This document shows positions 23,500 through 38,090 of a DNA stretch of 58,529 nt, in pieces. How positions within the stretch are numbered: position 1 is the stretch's first letter; every line of letters starts with the position of its first letter. The stretch covers positions 18,353,381 through 18,411,909 of the forward strand of contig NC_068988.1 of assembly GCF_001194135.2 (NCBI RefSeq). Reading direction: 5' to 3'. The notes beneath the pieces were generated by a model. That model was not told where the DNA came from and made no database searches. It saw only the letters and a program-made list of their open reading frames with translations. The translations under genes and the position numbers were made by a program. The DNA is from Octopus bimaculoides (Eukaryota).

Positions 23500-26400
23500 C
23501 AGAGTTCATTAAACAATACCTTAAAGCATTTTGAACTGATCTAAAGTTTTTGTAAATGAAATTTAAAAGTTTAATAGTGCCTTAAGAATTTGTCAAGGAA
23601 TGTATCATCCATTAAGGCGGTGTTCCAGCATGGCCGCAGTCAAGATGACTGAAACAAGTAAAAGAATAAAAGAATAGAATATATTTTGACATCCAAGCTC
23701 GTGTTAATTTTATTTCACTGTATATCATAACATTTAAAAACTTCTACATTTTTCACACATTATGAACAAGTTATTTATTTGTATTTAGAAATTAAGATTG
23801 TTTTATTATTCAAAAATAAAATATTTAACAAATTGCATATCATGGTACTTGATATCATTTGCTAATCTACTGGAAGTCCTTAACTCATAGATACAAAATA
23901 TCATTTTCTGCATACATTTTATAAAAACTATATCTTTGACATATAAATTTTTAAAAAATTGAATTGGTTTAAATAATTTTGATAACTACTTTTGTTAAAT
24001 AAACATACATTTACATGCTAACACAGATTTCTTAATAGATTGCTTCATGTGTATACATTTATTTTTAGTAAAATAATCAGCAAGCACATAGTATAAAACC
24101 TTGATCCGAGTTAATCAAGAAAGTAATCTGATAAGCCAGAGTTTTCAACAACTCTCTAATTCTATATAATTTTGCTACTCAGTTAAATCTTTTTTGTTCT
24201 GTTCTATAAAAGAATATTCAAGAACAATTTTTAAAAATTAAATCTGATTGTCTACTTCTTAAACTTTTACAATTTTAAACATTAGAATAACTGTATAAAT
24301 AGTTCATTAGCGATGTAACTCTTTAGAAAGAAAAATAATTCTAAATGATAGCATATCTATGGCTACTAGCTACACTTTAGAAGTTCCAGCTGATAAAGTA
24401 TAATTGCACCACAGATAAAAAAAAGTTAGCTCTCTCCTGCCTGCAGGTAAAATTTTATTTGAACTAAAACCATATTTATAATGGCAGGATAAATATATTA
24501 TAGAAATAATTAGATACTTGACAAATTATTGGAGCTGACCTCTGTGAGTAGTAGCTTTTACTTATACTGTAATTATAAACTGTTAGTTGATGAATTTAAG
24601 GGAAATCATTTCAAGGAAGGTTAAAAAAATATCAAAGATTCAGCACAATCTCTAGCATTAGACATTTCTTATATTTTTAAGTGAATCTTTAATTTTAATA
24701 ATTTAACTATTTTAGAGAAAATTATTTATACATATTATGCCAACTGAAGAAGTTAAGATACAGTTAAAACAACACAAGTTTTTTTTGCTTAAATTTTAGA
24801 ATTAAATGTAATTAAATTTGTAGAACCCCATTCAGTATTTATTTTAGACTCTGAAATCTGGCTGGAAGTAATAATTGTGTGTGTCATTTCAGTGGAAGCC
24901 AAGACAAAAAATTATTATTAAACAAAAGATTGTGAAGTGTGACTAGGAAAAAATATGTGTGAAATCAGTAATAACGGAGCGAATGGGGTTCTTTGCAGAT
25001 GAAAGTAGATCATTGGTGAATAGAAACCATGTTGATTAGAAGCCTGAGTCCTGAGAGATGTTTCTGTTGATAGCATGACTATAAATAGGAGTACAGCATT
25101 CATCATAACATGATTTTTAAATATTATAAACAGTTTATTTAGAGCATTATATAATAATTATTAGTGCATGTTAACAGTTAATAAATCTTTATATAGTAAT
25201 TAACATCACAGAGAAATATGTTACAAGTTGGTAAACTGATATGAAAGCATTTCCATTACTTCATACCTTCATTCACTTAGATAAAGTATTTTCTAGAATT
25301 CAAAAGTTTGTTATCTTATAAATTTAAAATTGTTAATATTTTACTTTTTGAGAAATGTAAAAAAAAAAAAAAAATTACAAACAAAGCTTTGAAAATAATT
25401 GAAAATCTAGATACACTTGAAGGAAATGAATTCATACGTCAGATGCCAAAGGTTGAAATACTCAATGTCACATGCACATTACTCTATAGTTTACATACAC
25501 ATACAAATATGCACATTCATACTTACATTATTATTGCATGCTATATTCTGTTTAGATGTTAGTGCTAATTGCTATATAATCATTGTATAAAAGTACTTAC
25601 CTACACCCACATCAATAATATTTTATTTTTTTCACCTTTTTAACTTTTTGGACTTGAAACATTTTTCAGTTCATTTTAAGTTATGTTTTTGTTTACTTGT
25701 CCAGGAAAATCTCGACCTGGGAAGTTCAAGCATGATCTACATTCTGATTATGACTACAAGGCGGTTAATGTCATAAATTGTAATCAAAAAGAGACAGAAA
25801 GCATATGTAGATTCCGGCATAGCTTTCCTTAAGTCCTTTATGCCAGTTTCTTGCCTTGGAATTTACCAGCTGTCATCTGCATATCTTATCACATTACAAA
25901 ATCGGAAATTTATTCATATTAACTACCATCTGACAATCCATCATCATCATATAAGACATCTTCATACAGTACATTCTCACTTAGAAGTATTCATCAATCA
26001 TCTAAATATTCTGCAAAAAGGGAAAATAAATTTCAAATGTACATAAAAAGGAAAAGTTACTCATCCATTAAATTTTGCTAGCATTTCTTAACCAAAACAC
26101 TCTTCCATTTAATTTTACAGACTTTCAGCAAATTTATATATATATATATATACATATATATNNNNNNNNNNNNNNNNNNNNNNNNNNNNNNNNNNNNNNN
26201 NNNNNNNNNNNNNNNNNNNNNNNNNNNNNNNNNNNNNNNNNNNNNNNNNNNNNNNNNNNNNNNNNNNNNNNNNNNNNTATATACTGTAGATTCTGATATT
26301 TTTTTAAAGCCTTCAGGAGAAACAAAGCTTAAATAACACTCTTCAACAAATCTACAAGAAAGGCTTTATTAATAAGCAATCGTCTAGATAAAATTACTAT

Positions 26401-28664
26401 GCAAAAATATATAGTTTATAAGTTAGTGAGATTCACCAAATGGCCGCCCAACACTCATCATACATGTGATCAGCTATTCAACTGGCTGGCTTGTGACAAA
26501 TGTCAGTTACTGTTTGACCAGCTGCACAATTACCAAACGGAAACACATTACTCAGGACTTGCGGTAAAGTGCTCAATGATATTATATTTTTTTCTTCACT
26601 TGCTTCCTCAGATCTATGTGCTGTTTGCATACCCAGATTTTTTGTGACATTATTTGGATATATATCAAAGTATTTCAAAGAATCATATTTCCTGAAAGGG
26701 AATTTAATATTTTGATAAGAGATACGTTGAGTTTAGGTTAGAAATATCATTACAGTTTTCACTTAAACAAATTAAAATCTGCTGCACTAAAAGTAATTAC
26801 TCTATTCTAATTACCTAAATTTTCTCAGTATTAGAAGCTTAAATTTAATCATTAGTGAGTATTTATAAATCTACTGATAGCTTTCGTGACAGTCCAATAC
26901 TTAAGTTAATCATTAGTAATAAACACAATTTGGTTTAATAAATAAATCACTCAATAGATTGAATCCTATGTCCTTATCATTTTAAAGATAATTGAGCATC
27001 TGACTAAAATTTATAACATATATATTCACCTCTACAGTAATTACTTAGTAATAAAATGCTTTAACTAGCTATTAGCATGGTAAACCTCTTTTAACCCTTA
27101 TTGAATTGAAATCTTTCATATTTTCCATATATTTGAGCCCATAAAAGATGCTATCTGTATAAGAATAGCCTCACACTAATATTGATGTTGCTGGAAAAAT
27201 TAAGTGATGGCTGCAACAAAAGACAAAATTATAAATTTTTGGATAATTTTAATAACAATATTGTGAATATGAAGGATAAGTAATATAAGTAAATTAGTAA
27301 CAAAAGTTTAATAACATGCACTATTATCTTTCTGAGTGAAAACTATGATTAACATCTGTTGAGTGATAACTTTCATTCCAAGACACTTTAATTGCTAAGT
27401 CTATTAAAACCTTTTTAAAAACAGCTCTGACATCTCTTGTCTCATTTAAATGCCTTAAAAGTTCAACAACATATTTTAGCTGAATAATTTCACAATCTAC
27501 TATCAGATAGTAACAACATAACTTATTTTGTATACAGTGGGCCATATACTAAGCTAGTAGAATTTAATATTATCATAGGATTTCGAATTTAAATCAGCTA
27601 CTGAACTTTTCTCAATTCTCAGATTATTATTAAAATAATTTTTGATATTTAACAAATGACAAACCCAGGATAATTCTTTCAATTTAAGCAAGGATAGTTG
27701 TGTTATCTGTGAAAGTAAAATTTTAGAATATTTTAGTAATAATATTGTAATAGCCTTCCTCAAAACTTATTTCTTTTACTTGTCATTCTCTAGAATTTCA
27801 TGTAACTCCTCTCTACCGTCCAATTTCCTTGAAATTACTTTCAAATAATAATTAGGTTTTGTAGGTTGTATTAAAATGCAAAGAGATATTTAAATTTATA
27901 CATGAGGAATAGTGTCAAAATGTTAGGTTTAATTAGGTGGGTTCATAGCCTTAATGAAAGCATTTGAAACTAACTGAACACAGATATCTAAATGAGAAAG
28001 AAAATATTTAGATATTTTTTTCCATTATCACACATTTTTCTCATGTAAATTTTCCACTAGAAATATTCTAACAATGGATGAAATACATTATTCATTACAA
28101 TGAATAATTTCATGAATAATATTTTATAGAACAAGAAATGTATTATACAAACTACTTAAAGGTTTTATTTTATGAATGGTATCCTTTGTTAATTATTAAC
28201 AGTAATGAGGAATTAACTACCAGTTCTTGAGGCAAACTGACAAGAGTATATGAAGATACAGTTATGAGGTAACACTTATTAAATGGTACCTCTAAAAAAA
28301 AGTTTTGGAATACTTTTGCCAAAAAGAAATATGAGATCATCAATCACCAGATATTGCTGAGATAGAAATATGAAATGTAAACAATATTGGCTGTGATAAA
28401 TGAATTCAAATAAAAATTTCAAATTGAATTGAATAGAGACAAAATTTCAGCATATGATGCTGAATTAAATTTGAGAAAACAATTCTAAAATTAATTTTAT
28501 TTTAGAAGTGACATTAACTGATTTCATTAGATATCTGTTCTTAATTAACAAAAGTAAATGTTTAAAATTACTGAAGTTAAACCAAAGTTCAGTTATAAAT
28601 TAACAAATATAGTTTTTGATATTATTTTGATATGCTAAGAAATAGACATTTAATACTTCATAGA

Positions 28665-29025
28665 AAGCGAAATCTTGATGGCACCTGTGCCCAGCATCGC
28701 CTTCCTGGCACTTGTGCCAGTGGCATGTGTAAAGACATTCAAGCGAGATCGTTGCCAGTGCCACTGGACTGGCCCCTGTGCAGGTGGCACGTAAAATACA
28801 CCATTGAGTGTGGCCGTTGCCAGTACCGCCTGACTGGCCTTCATGCCGATGGCACGTAAAAGTACCCACTACACTCATGGAGTGGTTGGCGTTAGGAAGG
28901 GCATCCAGCAGTAGAAACTCTGCCAAATCAGATTGGAGGCTGGTGTAGCCATCTGGTTCACCAGTCTTCAGTCAAATCGTCCAACCCATGCTAGCATGGA
29001 AAGCGGACGTTAAACGATGATGATA
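28665..29025 (+). mobile_element. Family D element
   Basis: Internal GTTGCCAGT..GGCACGTAAAA repeats and the tail CCATGCTAGCATGGAAAGCGGACGTTAAACGATGATGAT. Confidence 0.88.
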
Positions 29026-30197
29026 TAGTTAAAATATGATTTATTTTTTGTTATATTTTCATATAAATAGATATTATAAAAATATTTTTTTAATGGGAAA
29101 TACTGTAGTTGTGATTATAGTATGAAACGCAGTAACATAACAATACTAGAATTGCTCAATAATCAATTTTGGCCATAAAATATTGAAAACATATTAATAT
29201 ATATACATAAAAAAATAGTTACATCAAAAAGATGCTGCTACATCACGCACATTTGGTGAACGTAGCTCTGAGCAGGAGGAACTAATGTTTTCAAACTGTG
29301 TGTAACAATCACTGGATGTTTTGACTGAATCATAAAATTCTCTTTTTGGTGGGTTGGCAATGGTGACCGAATCAATACCATCTTCTTTCCCTAGCTTTCA
29401 GCTCCTCTCTCATCTGTGCTTATTAAACTTTCATCTGGAATTAAGACATCCATTATGCATCATCCTTTAAGCAATTAATAGACTAGACATAATAATTTGA
29501 GAGATTTTGTAGAAGTGTATATATATTCCCCACATGCTTTAATATTGCCTTTCCATTCAGTGAATTATATTTAACTGCCAAGTTAAAGGCTGTTGCATTA
29601 TGTATATCATTATTTCCTTTAAGGCTATTAAGTTAATCTATATGGAAAATTTTCAGAGAAGTCCCAGAGACATTTACTTACTAATTACCAATATTATTCC
29701 TGTACACTTTGAAACAGTATTAGTGCCAAGTTCTGCTTCTTATAAATTACTTTGAGATAATCAAGACATTGAAACATGCAAGATGGAAATATTCCTTCAA
29801 GAAATTCATTTACATTCATAGGAATAAAATAATATGCAAGATTATGCAAAGAAGCTTTTCAGCTTGTAGACAGTGTAACTGACTCGTTAATTTATCATAC
29901 AGCCTTAATTAGAGTGGTACAATAAAGAGCTGTTTGAAACTTTGTAAAACAAAATAAAGATATTAGCATTTTTCATCAGCATATTGTTGAAATGCTCAAC
30001 ATTTGGGTAAATAACCAAACAAAAGATTTATTTATTATCAGTATTATTGTAAAAACATTTATTTCATATCCTAAAGAAATACTGAATTTACAAGTTTACA
30101 GTATGAAATTTTAGCTGAAATTCAGAAATTTATTAAAAATTAATAATAATAAACCATAAGCATTAGTTTATATCAGATTTCTCTTCATATTTTGATA

Positions 30198-30280
30198 GAT
30201 TGATTATAAACCTAACTTGCCTGTAGATTAATTATAAACCTGCCTCACTTGTAGATTAATTTAAACCTGACTTACTAGTG
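30198..30280. repeat. Imperfect minisatellite, three units of ~28 bp
   Basis: GATTGATTATAAACCTAACTTGCCTGTA / GATTAATTATAAACCTGCCTCACTTGTA / GATTAATTTAAACCTGACTTACTAGTGA. Confidence 0.75.
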
Positions 30281-31431
30281 AATGTCACTGAATTAGATTT
30301 TAAAATATTCTTAGATTTCTCAGAAAAGCATTTTGAAGAATATGCAAATGATATGATCTTTTCACAGAAAAATTTAGATACTTTAGAGTTATCAAACTTG
30401 TGAGTATTTTTTTCACCATTCATTCCAAGACTTATACATCTAATTCTCAAAGGTATTTTTATAGAATTAGTTCAGTTATCTAGTATAACAAATAAGTATA
30501 AGGAAGTCTTTAAATAAAATATAATCAACTTTAAAATATTCAAAATAATATTTAAAAGCTTATCAGAAAATATGATACAACACATAAAATATATTATTTT
30601 ACTTCTAGTGATCATCTTCTAATGAGCAGCAGAGACAGAATTATAGCCTTTTAAAACTTACAATAACTCATTTTAGTCTAAATTTTAATATTACATTTAG
30701 AATACAAAAGTTTAGAAAATTTGATTGCTAAGTTGGGCATTTCATTTGGTGGGGTCTAATACTTTTGATGTCACATCTAATCTATATATTGTCTGCATCC
30801 AGTTATTAGAAATGTCTTTTTAAGTATTCACTGCAGGGGTAAACATTTATATATGGTCAATATCACAGTTATTTTATTTTGGTTATGTGACTGAGACATG
30901 GAGATAGATGAAACATCTTACTTCTTTAAGATATTTCACCTGTTTCTACTAACTTTTTTTTTCCCGAGAAAGAAAATAAATTAATTAAATTAACCGTGAA
31001 GAAAATGAAATTACCTTAGAATAATTATGTATATAAAAGCTTTAAAAAATAAATAGATAGAATAATTAATAACTCTGTGACACAAAAAGCTATGTTAAAT
31101 AAAATTACATATTTCTCTTCTTGTTCCCACCTAAGATGAGTCATAAATTAGAAAGGCCATCTAGCTGTAAAATACTGAATACATTGCATTTAATGTATGC
31201 TAATACTGAAGCAATTGATAAAAAAAAATTTAAGAAATAATGCTTAAAAGTAACCAATGACAAAAAATGTAGAAATTTTACAGCTAATATTTTTAACAAT
31301 AATTCGATGAACATCAAATCTGAAGGTACCTTTTAATTTGATTTAAAATGATGAACAATAATTTTTAGTTATCTTTTGCAAATGACTAAAAGTTTTAAGT
31401 TCAATTACTTTTTGAATTCAAAAGTTTACAG

Positions 31432-31514
<83 letters not shown>
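31432..31514. repeat. (AAT)n microsatellite
   Basis: Direct reading. A second (AAT)n tract lies at about 31618-31652. Confidence 0.97.
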
Positions 31515-31515
<1 letters not shown>

Positions 31516-31704
31516 TAGGCACAATTTAATTGACCATACCCCATATCTAGTGAGAAGGGCATAGTCAATTAAATTAACACCAGTACTAGACTTGTACATA
31601 ATTTTATTAATATCAATATAATAATAATAATAATAATAATAATCATAATAATAAGTTGCTTTTTTTTAATTTTTACGTGATTATTGCTATAAATATCATT
31701 TGAT

Positions 31705-31850
31705 ATCACCATTCACATCACACTATTCCTGGAGCTTTGTTCTCTCTTGTGTCAAGGCCATAATCCCTCCATAAATATCACTGTATCTGTTCAGTCATCC
31801 TCCAACATGATCATTAAAATCCATTACTCTTATGAGAATGTCATTATAAT
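31705..31850 (-). mobile_element. RTE-type LINE APE endonuclease remnant
   Basis: Minus translation DILIRVMDFNDHVGG*LNRYSDIYGG...KLQE*CDVN resembles 'GDFNGHVG....HGG.G.G.RN.EG..LLEFCD'. Confidence 0.6.
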
Positions 31851-32077
31851 CTTTCTTTGAGGTAGTATACATTAAAAGCCTCATAGAACTGGTCCTTTCA
31901 TTCATCTAATTATCATATTCATAGGACATTAATAAAGATACAGTGGCTATCAATTAAACTTGATTATGTTTAATGATATCATTCCTCACCTTAGCTACTT
32001 CAATGATTATATTCATAGATTTAAATTACCTTTAAATCAGTAATTACTACTTGAGGAATTTTCTTGATGATTTTTAA

Positions 32078-32115
<38 letters not shown>

Positions 32116-35100
32116 CTAATGTAAACAATAAAATATACAACATATCCCTTAACTCCTAATGTACTGTAATAATTCTAGCATGCTAGAAATAGTTTCTATT
32201 TCCTTAAGACATCTTCTAGTAATGCAAATATGAGGTTGTTGGGATTTTTCATGAATTCCCAATAAAATACCCAGACACTGAAAGCAACAGGTTGGCAGAG
32301 TTGTTGGAACATTGGACAGAATGCTCTGTGGTATTCAGTTCAACTTTCAGCATTTTGAGTTCAAATCACTCCAACATCAGCTTTGTCTTTCATTCATATG
32401 ATGGTCAGTAAAATAGTACTAATCCAGTGAAGTGGATTGGTGAAACTATTTAGACAGACAGGCAAGATGTGCTCTGACAGTAATTTCTGAGGCACCCCTG
32501 GTGCTACACTGTATTATGCCAAACAGTATTGGCCTAAGTTGGCATCCTTTCCCTTAGACAACAGTCATTATTGTGGAGAGGAGAGATTTGCACATAAGAA
32601 TAATTGCTGGTCTTCCTAACAAAAAACTCTTGCCCAAGTCTCTGCATACATATACAGATGTATGTTCAGCTCAGACTGAAGTGGCCCCATCCAAGCATTT
32701 AAAATTTTACTTAAATCCCAGTTTCAACATAATGTATAAAACACAATTTTTGGCTAAATGATATTTTTCCTTATCATGCAGAATAAAACAAAATTTGGTG
32801 GAAGGCAGAATCACAAATGTAAATTCATGAGCCAAATTCAATTCCCTGTTGGAACCTTTTCACTTATATCATTAGTGCTTTTGAGTAAGGTATAAATTTC
32901 AGGATTACTCGTATCCTCTCTGGTAAATAAATCAGGCTTCATGCTTCTATATGAAAAGCTGATGATTGAGAGTCTATTAATTCTAGGTAAATTTAAATTC
33001 TTCCTCTAAAAATATGAATTTACTTCAGCAATCTTTGATAGTATAAAATGGTAAAATTTCTGAAATTTAGCAAAAGCATTGTTCCTTTAAATATTTTACT
33101 GTGACAAATGATTCATTGTAAACTGAGTTGTTCTTTTACAATTGTAAATATAAAATACTAATTAAATAGTTGAAATGATTTTAATTACATCGGAAATAGC
33201 ATCACTCTAATCACCTCATCTCTTACAAAGATTTTAAATTATTCCTGCTTTTAATTACCCCTGCTATAATACGCTTTTAAGACATTCTGATGAATTAATA
33301 GGTTCAGTCATACTAAAGTTATTCTTTCATTTTTCGTCTTTCTTTACATTGTGATTCGTTGAAAAAAAAATTTATGTTTCTTTTGATGTATTGATATTCA
33401 TTTATATACTTCATTACAAAATATTTTTGTGTGTTTATGAGTTTGAAACCATGTTTCTTTAAAAGATTTCTTTTTTCCATTATCTATCAAAAATTTAAAA
33501 ACTGATCAAGACAAAATCTTGCTTCTTTAACTACTAATTACAACATTAATTTTTATCATTAAGAAATTTCGTTCAATAAATCATCATTATCTAAGTATCG
33601 TTCCAATCATTATCATCATTAAACATACAATATTATTCAATGAAAATTTCACTGACAGAAATATTCATTTAGTATACCTCGTGATAGATTATTAATAAAT
33701 TCTTGTAAAAGAAGCAATGTTTTAAATTTTGATGAATATTCAAAGAGAAGGCTCTGAAAGAAGCTAAATTTCAAATTTGTAGAACACATAAAAGTTTGTG
33801 TTTTTACAAGACAACTCTTAAAAAAAAAAGTTACTTGTAGCTTAGGTTTGCATGCAAAAAGTGAAATTTGTCTGTGAATTTTTAGTAGGCACTTTCAAAA
33901 TTATGCATGGTTATTTAACATTTTCTACTGTTTCATTTTTATTCTTTTTGGTAACTCCAAATTTGATAACTCATTAATTGGAGTAAACATGTATTTGAAT
34001 ATAAGAAAATTTTATCAATCTGCATGTGGCAATAATACATGTCATTCTTTTGATCTTTGCAATTTAAAGATAGAACTCTTAAAAAAAAAGAAGGAAAAAC
34101 ATTTCTTTGCTGTCTAATTTTTTTTTAACATCTTTCAAAATCTTATTGTCATTGATAATTAGATAATTGGTTTTGTAAAATATCTCCTCTTGAAAAATAA
34201 TAATGAAATAGAAATGTATAAACAATATATTTTTATTTCAAAATTACATTTCATGTGGAAATATAATTCTGTTTCTGATAAATGTTTCCACTACAATTTT
34301 CTTTCTTCTACTGATCATATTAATACTAATAACTTTGTTACTCACAATGATTATGATAATATTAGTAGTATAATGAAGATGGAGCTTTGTTTCTTGTCAT
34401 CCACACTCCCGAAATCCTATACCTAGCATTGCATATCTTTCATTCTGAAAACTGACTTTCAAATCCCCTTTTAACCATGAATTTGCTCAATACTGAAGCC
34501 ATTAACTTTTTAGGCAGCATAAAAACCGCACTGATTTCACATTATCTCACATGGTTTCTGATTCATGAAGATTCCAACAGGCTCTGGGTAAAGTCTTTCC
34601 TATGCAATTGAAATGGCAATAATATAACATAATTAAAATAAAATCCCAAGGATATGAAAAAATTAATAATCATGTAAAGTGTGATATTTTTTTCAAGATT
34701 GCAAGCCTTAAATTTATACAGAACATCTTTCTTAAAACTTAAGTAATGAGCTTGTACAATTCTTTTTAATTTCCTTCAAAATGCTATAGACAGATATTGA
34801 TATACCTTTAAGCAGCAAGAGAATCAAATTTGGATATCTCTTAGTATTACAATTAGTGAGGCATAAAATATATCTAGGCTACTTTTTACATTGACGTCCC
34901 AAATTGCTTAGACTTCAAATTCTATATTTTCTTTTAATAAAATGTCTTCACTCATAAGATTGATTCAATTGAAAACTCTGCAAAACCTGACTTTTTGTTT
35001 TCACAACTATGTGCACTGTTTAGAGATTTCTTAATTAATGATATTGCTTTGATGGTAAGAGTGACAATTAAAGTGATGATAGTAGTTGTGGCATGGATTC

Positions 35101-36559
35101 TATCAGTGGAAGCTCTGATGATGAGAAATTATAACTTGGCAATGAAGACAATGAAGAATATGATAGTAATGATGATAATGAAACAATACACAACTACTCT
35201 TGTACTTTCCAAAATAAGACTGCTTCAGTTGCAAAATGTAGTGTAAGAATATTATCTCACGTATTGAAATTAACATTTTCGGTTGTGAAGGAGTAAATTT
35301 TATTTTCATTTATCTTTTCTTAATGTCACATTAGCTATCAAGCTTTACAAATTTAGAAATAGTAAGTAAAACCATAAAAGTTTTATACTGAGGAAAGGTT
35401 TGGATTTGGTAGACAAAACAACTCTTAGAGATATCTACGATGAATTTACAATTTTTAAATATGCTTGTGTGCTTGGTTACTCATATAATATGCAAGTATT
35501 TATGATTAAACATTTATATGGACTTAAAATTTCGAGGTGAAATATATTGTCTTTCATCATATAACACCTACATTGTTGCTGCTCAATTCAGTTTGATTTA
35601 AGCTTAAGAGGCCTTAGTCATGCTAGGGCAAAACAACTTCTATGGTGCTTGTGCCAAAAAAAATACATCCAGCATACTCTTTAAGGTGGTTGTTATTTAG
35701 AGAAACATCCAGCCATAGAAATCATATCGAATCAGAGGTATTGAAGCAAGATGTAGTCCTGTGACCTGTCAAATCCTGATGACCTACCCAACCTATGCTA
35801 GCATGGAAAATGAATGTAAATGATAGTGGTAATGTGATGGTGAGAATGATGATGATGATGATGATGATGACGATGACAATGACGTCAACGACAATGATGA
35901 TGATGATAGTGTTTTGGTGGTAGTGATGATGATAATGTTGATGAAGATTTTGATAATATAACATCCTTTTCACAAATAACATTCTTTATATCAACCATCA
36001 GGATTCCAAATTTACACTGAAAATACACTTTTTATAATAGAAAAATATTATGCACGCTTTCTATCATTTTGCATAGACTTCTATTTTTCATTCATTCCTA
36101 AGATTAATTTGTAAAATTAAATTTGAATTAAATCAAATTTATTTTTATGTAAGTTACTTTAAATTTATATTTAATTTAATGCCAGCTTAATTCAATATAG
36201 CTGATTTTCTGTCTTAAATTTTTATGGCATATCAATTCTCCTTGTGTATTTCTCAACAAGATGCTTTTGCAGCAGGTTCTACATTTTGCCATCATTTTAT
36301 TCCATTATATGCTTGAATATATATATATATCATGTCTGCTAAATCTTTATAGAATTTATCACATACAAATTATATAATTTATATTTTTTAGATGGCCTTA
36401 TAAGCCTTCTTATTCGTTTTCACTTTTACTTCTTAGAACACTAGTATGTTGGTTAAGAAACAGTGGTTTCTTGTTAGAGGCAACTTGATTTTGGTTTGTT
36501 TTAATTTATCTATAAGACCTGTCCACCACAGTGGAAGTGTTAAGGCCACTCCCCCTGTT

Positions 36560-36790
36560 GAAGATGATTGGCCAGCAAGAGTCTTGTGCCAGTTCCATGT
36601 AAAAGCACTCATACAGTGCCATATTAAAAGCACCCGGTAAAGTGGTTGGCATTAGGAAGGGCATCCAACCATAGAAATCAAGCCAAACACAGACTGGAGC
36701 TTAGTGCAGCTTTCACTGCCTGCCATTTCTGGTCAAACCATCCAACCCATGCCAGCGTGGAAAACAGACATTAAAGAATGATGACAATGA
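36560..36790 (+). mobile_element. Family D-related RTE-tail repeat, diverged
   Basis: gtggttggcattaggaagggcatcc...ccaacccatgccagcgtggaaaacagacattaaagaatgatgac. A similar decayed copy lies at about 35690-35830. Confidence 0.7.
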
Positions 36791-37342
36791 TGGACGAGCA
36801 CAATCTAGATAGTGATATAGTAATGAAAGTATCTTCACAACTTTTGATGACTGTCTATCTCCCACCGAAGAGGCTCAAAATAAGAAAAGCTCTGAAATTA
36901 AGACTTGCGAATTTCTCAGATGATTCACTCTGTTACCTACATAATATAATTAGTTCCAGAGCAGATAAGTTGAAAGTATTGAGGCTAGAAGACTTTGTCA
37001 ACAAAGCGTTTCTTTTCACTTGTTCATTTATTTTATAGCTGCTTATCCATGCTACCATGCAACAGATGAATGCAAATTTTCGAGAAATTATTTTTGAAGC
37101 TGCATGGCCATACCTGTTTTTCGAATAAGATATTTTCACTCCACTCACCATCAAAAGGACAGAACTGACAGGCAATTTATTGAGATGATATCAGCAGACA
37201 TCACTGTCCATAACTCAAACACATTTTCATATGAAGTGCAGTCAGTAAACATTCATAGAGTTACACAGACAGCACACATTCCCACATATATACACATACA
37301 TATACATGCATGTGTGTATATATTTTTATATATTTTAATATT

Positions 37343-37389
<47 letters not shown>

Positions 37390-37799
37390 CATATATATAT
37401 ACCTATATCTATATATATATGTTGGTATGTACACACACACACACACACACACATACACACACACATATATATGACAGGCTTTGTAGAGTTTCTGTCAACT
37501 AAATTCACTCGAATTGTTCACGGTGATGTTATAGTTGTAGACACTTCCCAAAGCATGTGGTAGAGAAGCAAACTTATTAGCCACATAGCCATGTCTGCAC
37601 CCATCCATACAAAAGCTAAATGTTAGAATTAAAATGATGCCTGGTAGAAAAACATGTAAGGTAAAAGTGTAACTGCTGGTTCAGCTCTAAAATAATGAAC
37701 CAGGTTTAATCTGCATTGATTTTATAAAGAGGATTAATTATATGTGAGCTATCAAGTGTTTGAATATCTGACACATACAGTATGTAGAATAATAGACAT

Positions 37800-38090
37800 C
37801 TATGATAGTGTATACATGATATGTGAATGGTTGATTGATTCATACTGGGTGAAAGAGTAAGAATGTTGTGAGTTATAGAGGACAGTACCTCTAACAAAGA
37901 TAGATTGGAGTAGACTGGAGTGAATGTGTTGAGGTAAATCTAAAAACATTTGGGCTTCTAAAAACCTAATGTGGAGATGATACACTGCAAACTGATGGTG
38001 AAACAGACACTATGAAATGACAATGTATCGATAATTTTTGTGTAGCCTGTCTCAGCTTTAATGATGCAGACATAATGAAAATGATGGCAA
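37800..38090 (+). mobile_element. Decayed RTE LINE 3' end
   Basis: WSECVEVNLKTFGL resembles RTE 'RGRPRKTWSECV..DL..LGL', followed by a tail-like GAT-rich end. Confidence 0.55.

Noticed and set aside
31858-31867. TGAGGTAGTA, matching the let-7 5' end
   Set aside because: The match stops after 10 nt and there is no precursor hairpin.
35040-35250. Acidic D/E/S-rich reading frame; a similar one lies at about 25900-26000 on the minus strand
   Set aside because: It has in-frame stops and low complexity. It is possibly a decayed transposase N-terminus but cannot be assigned.
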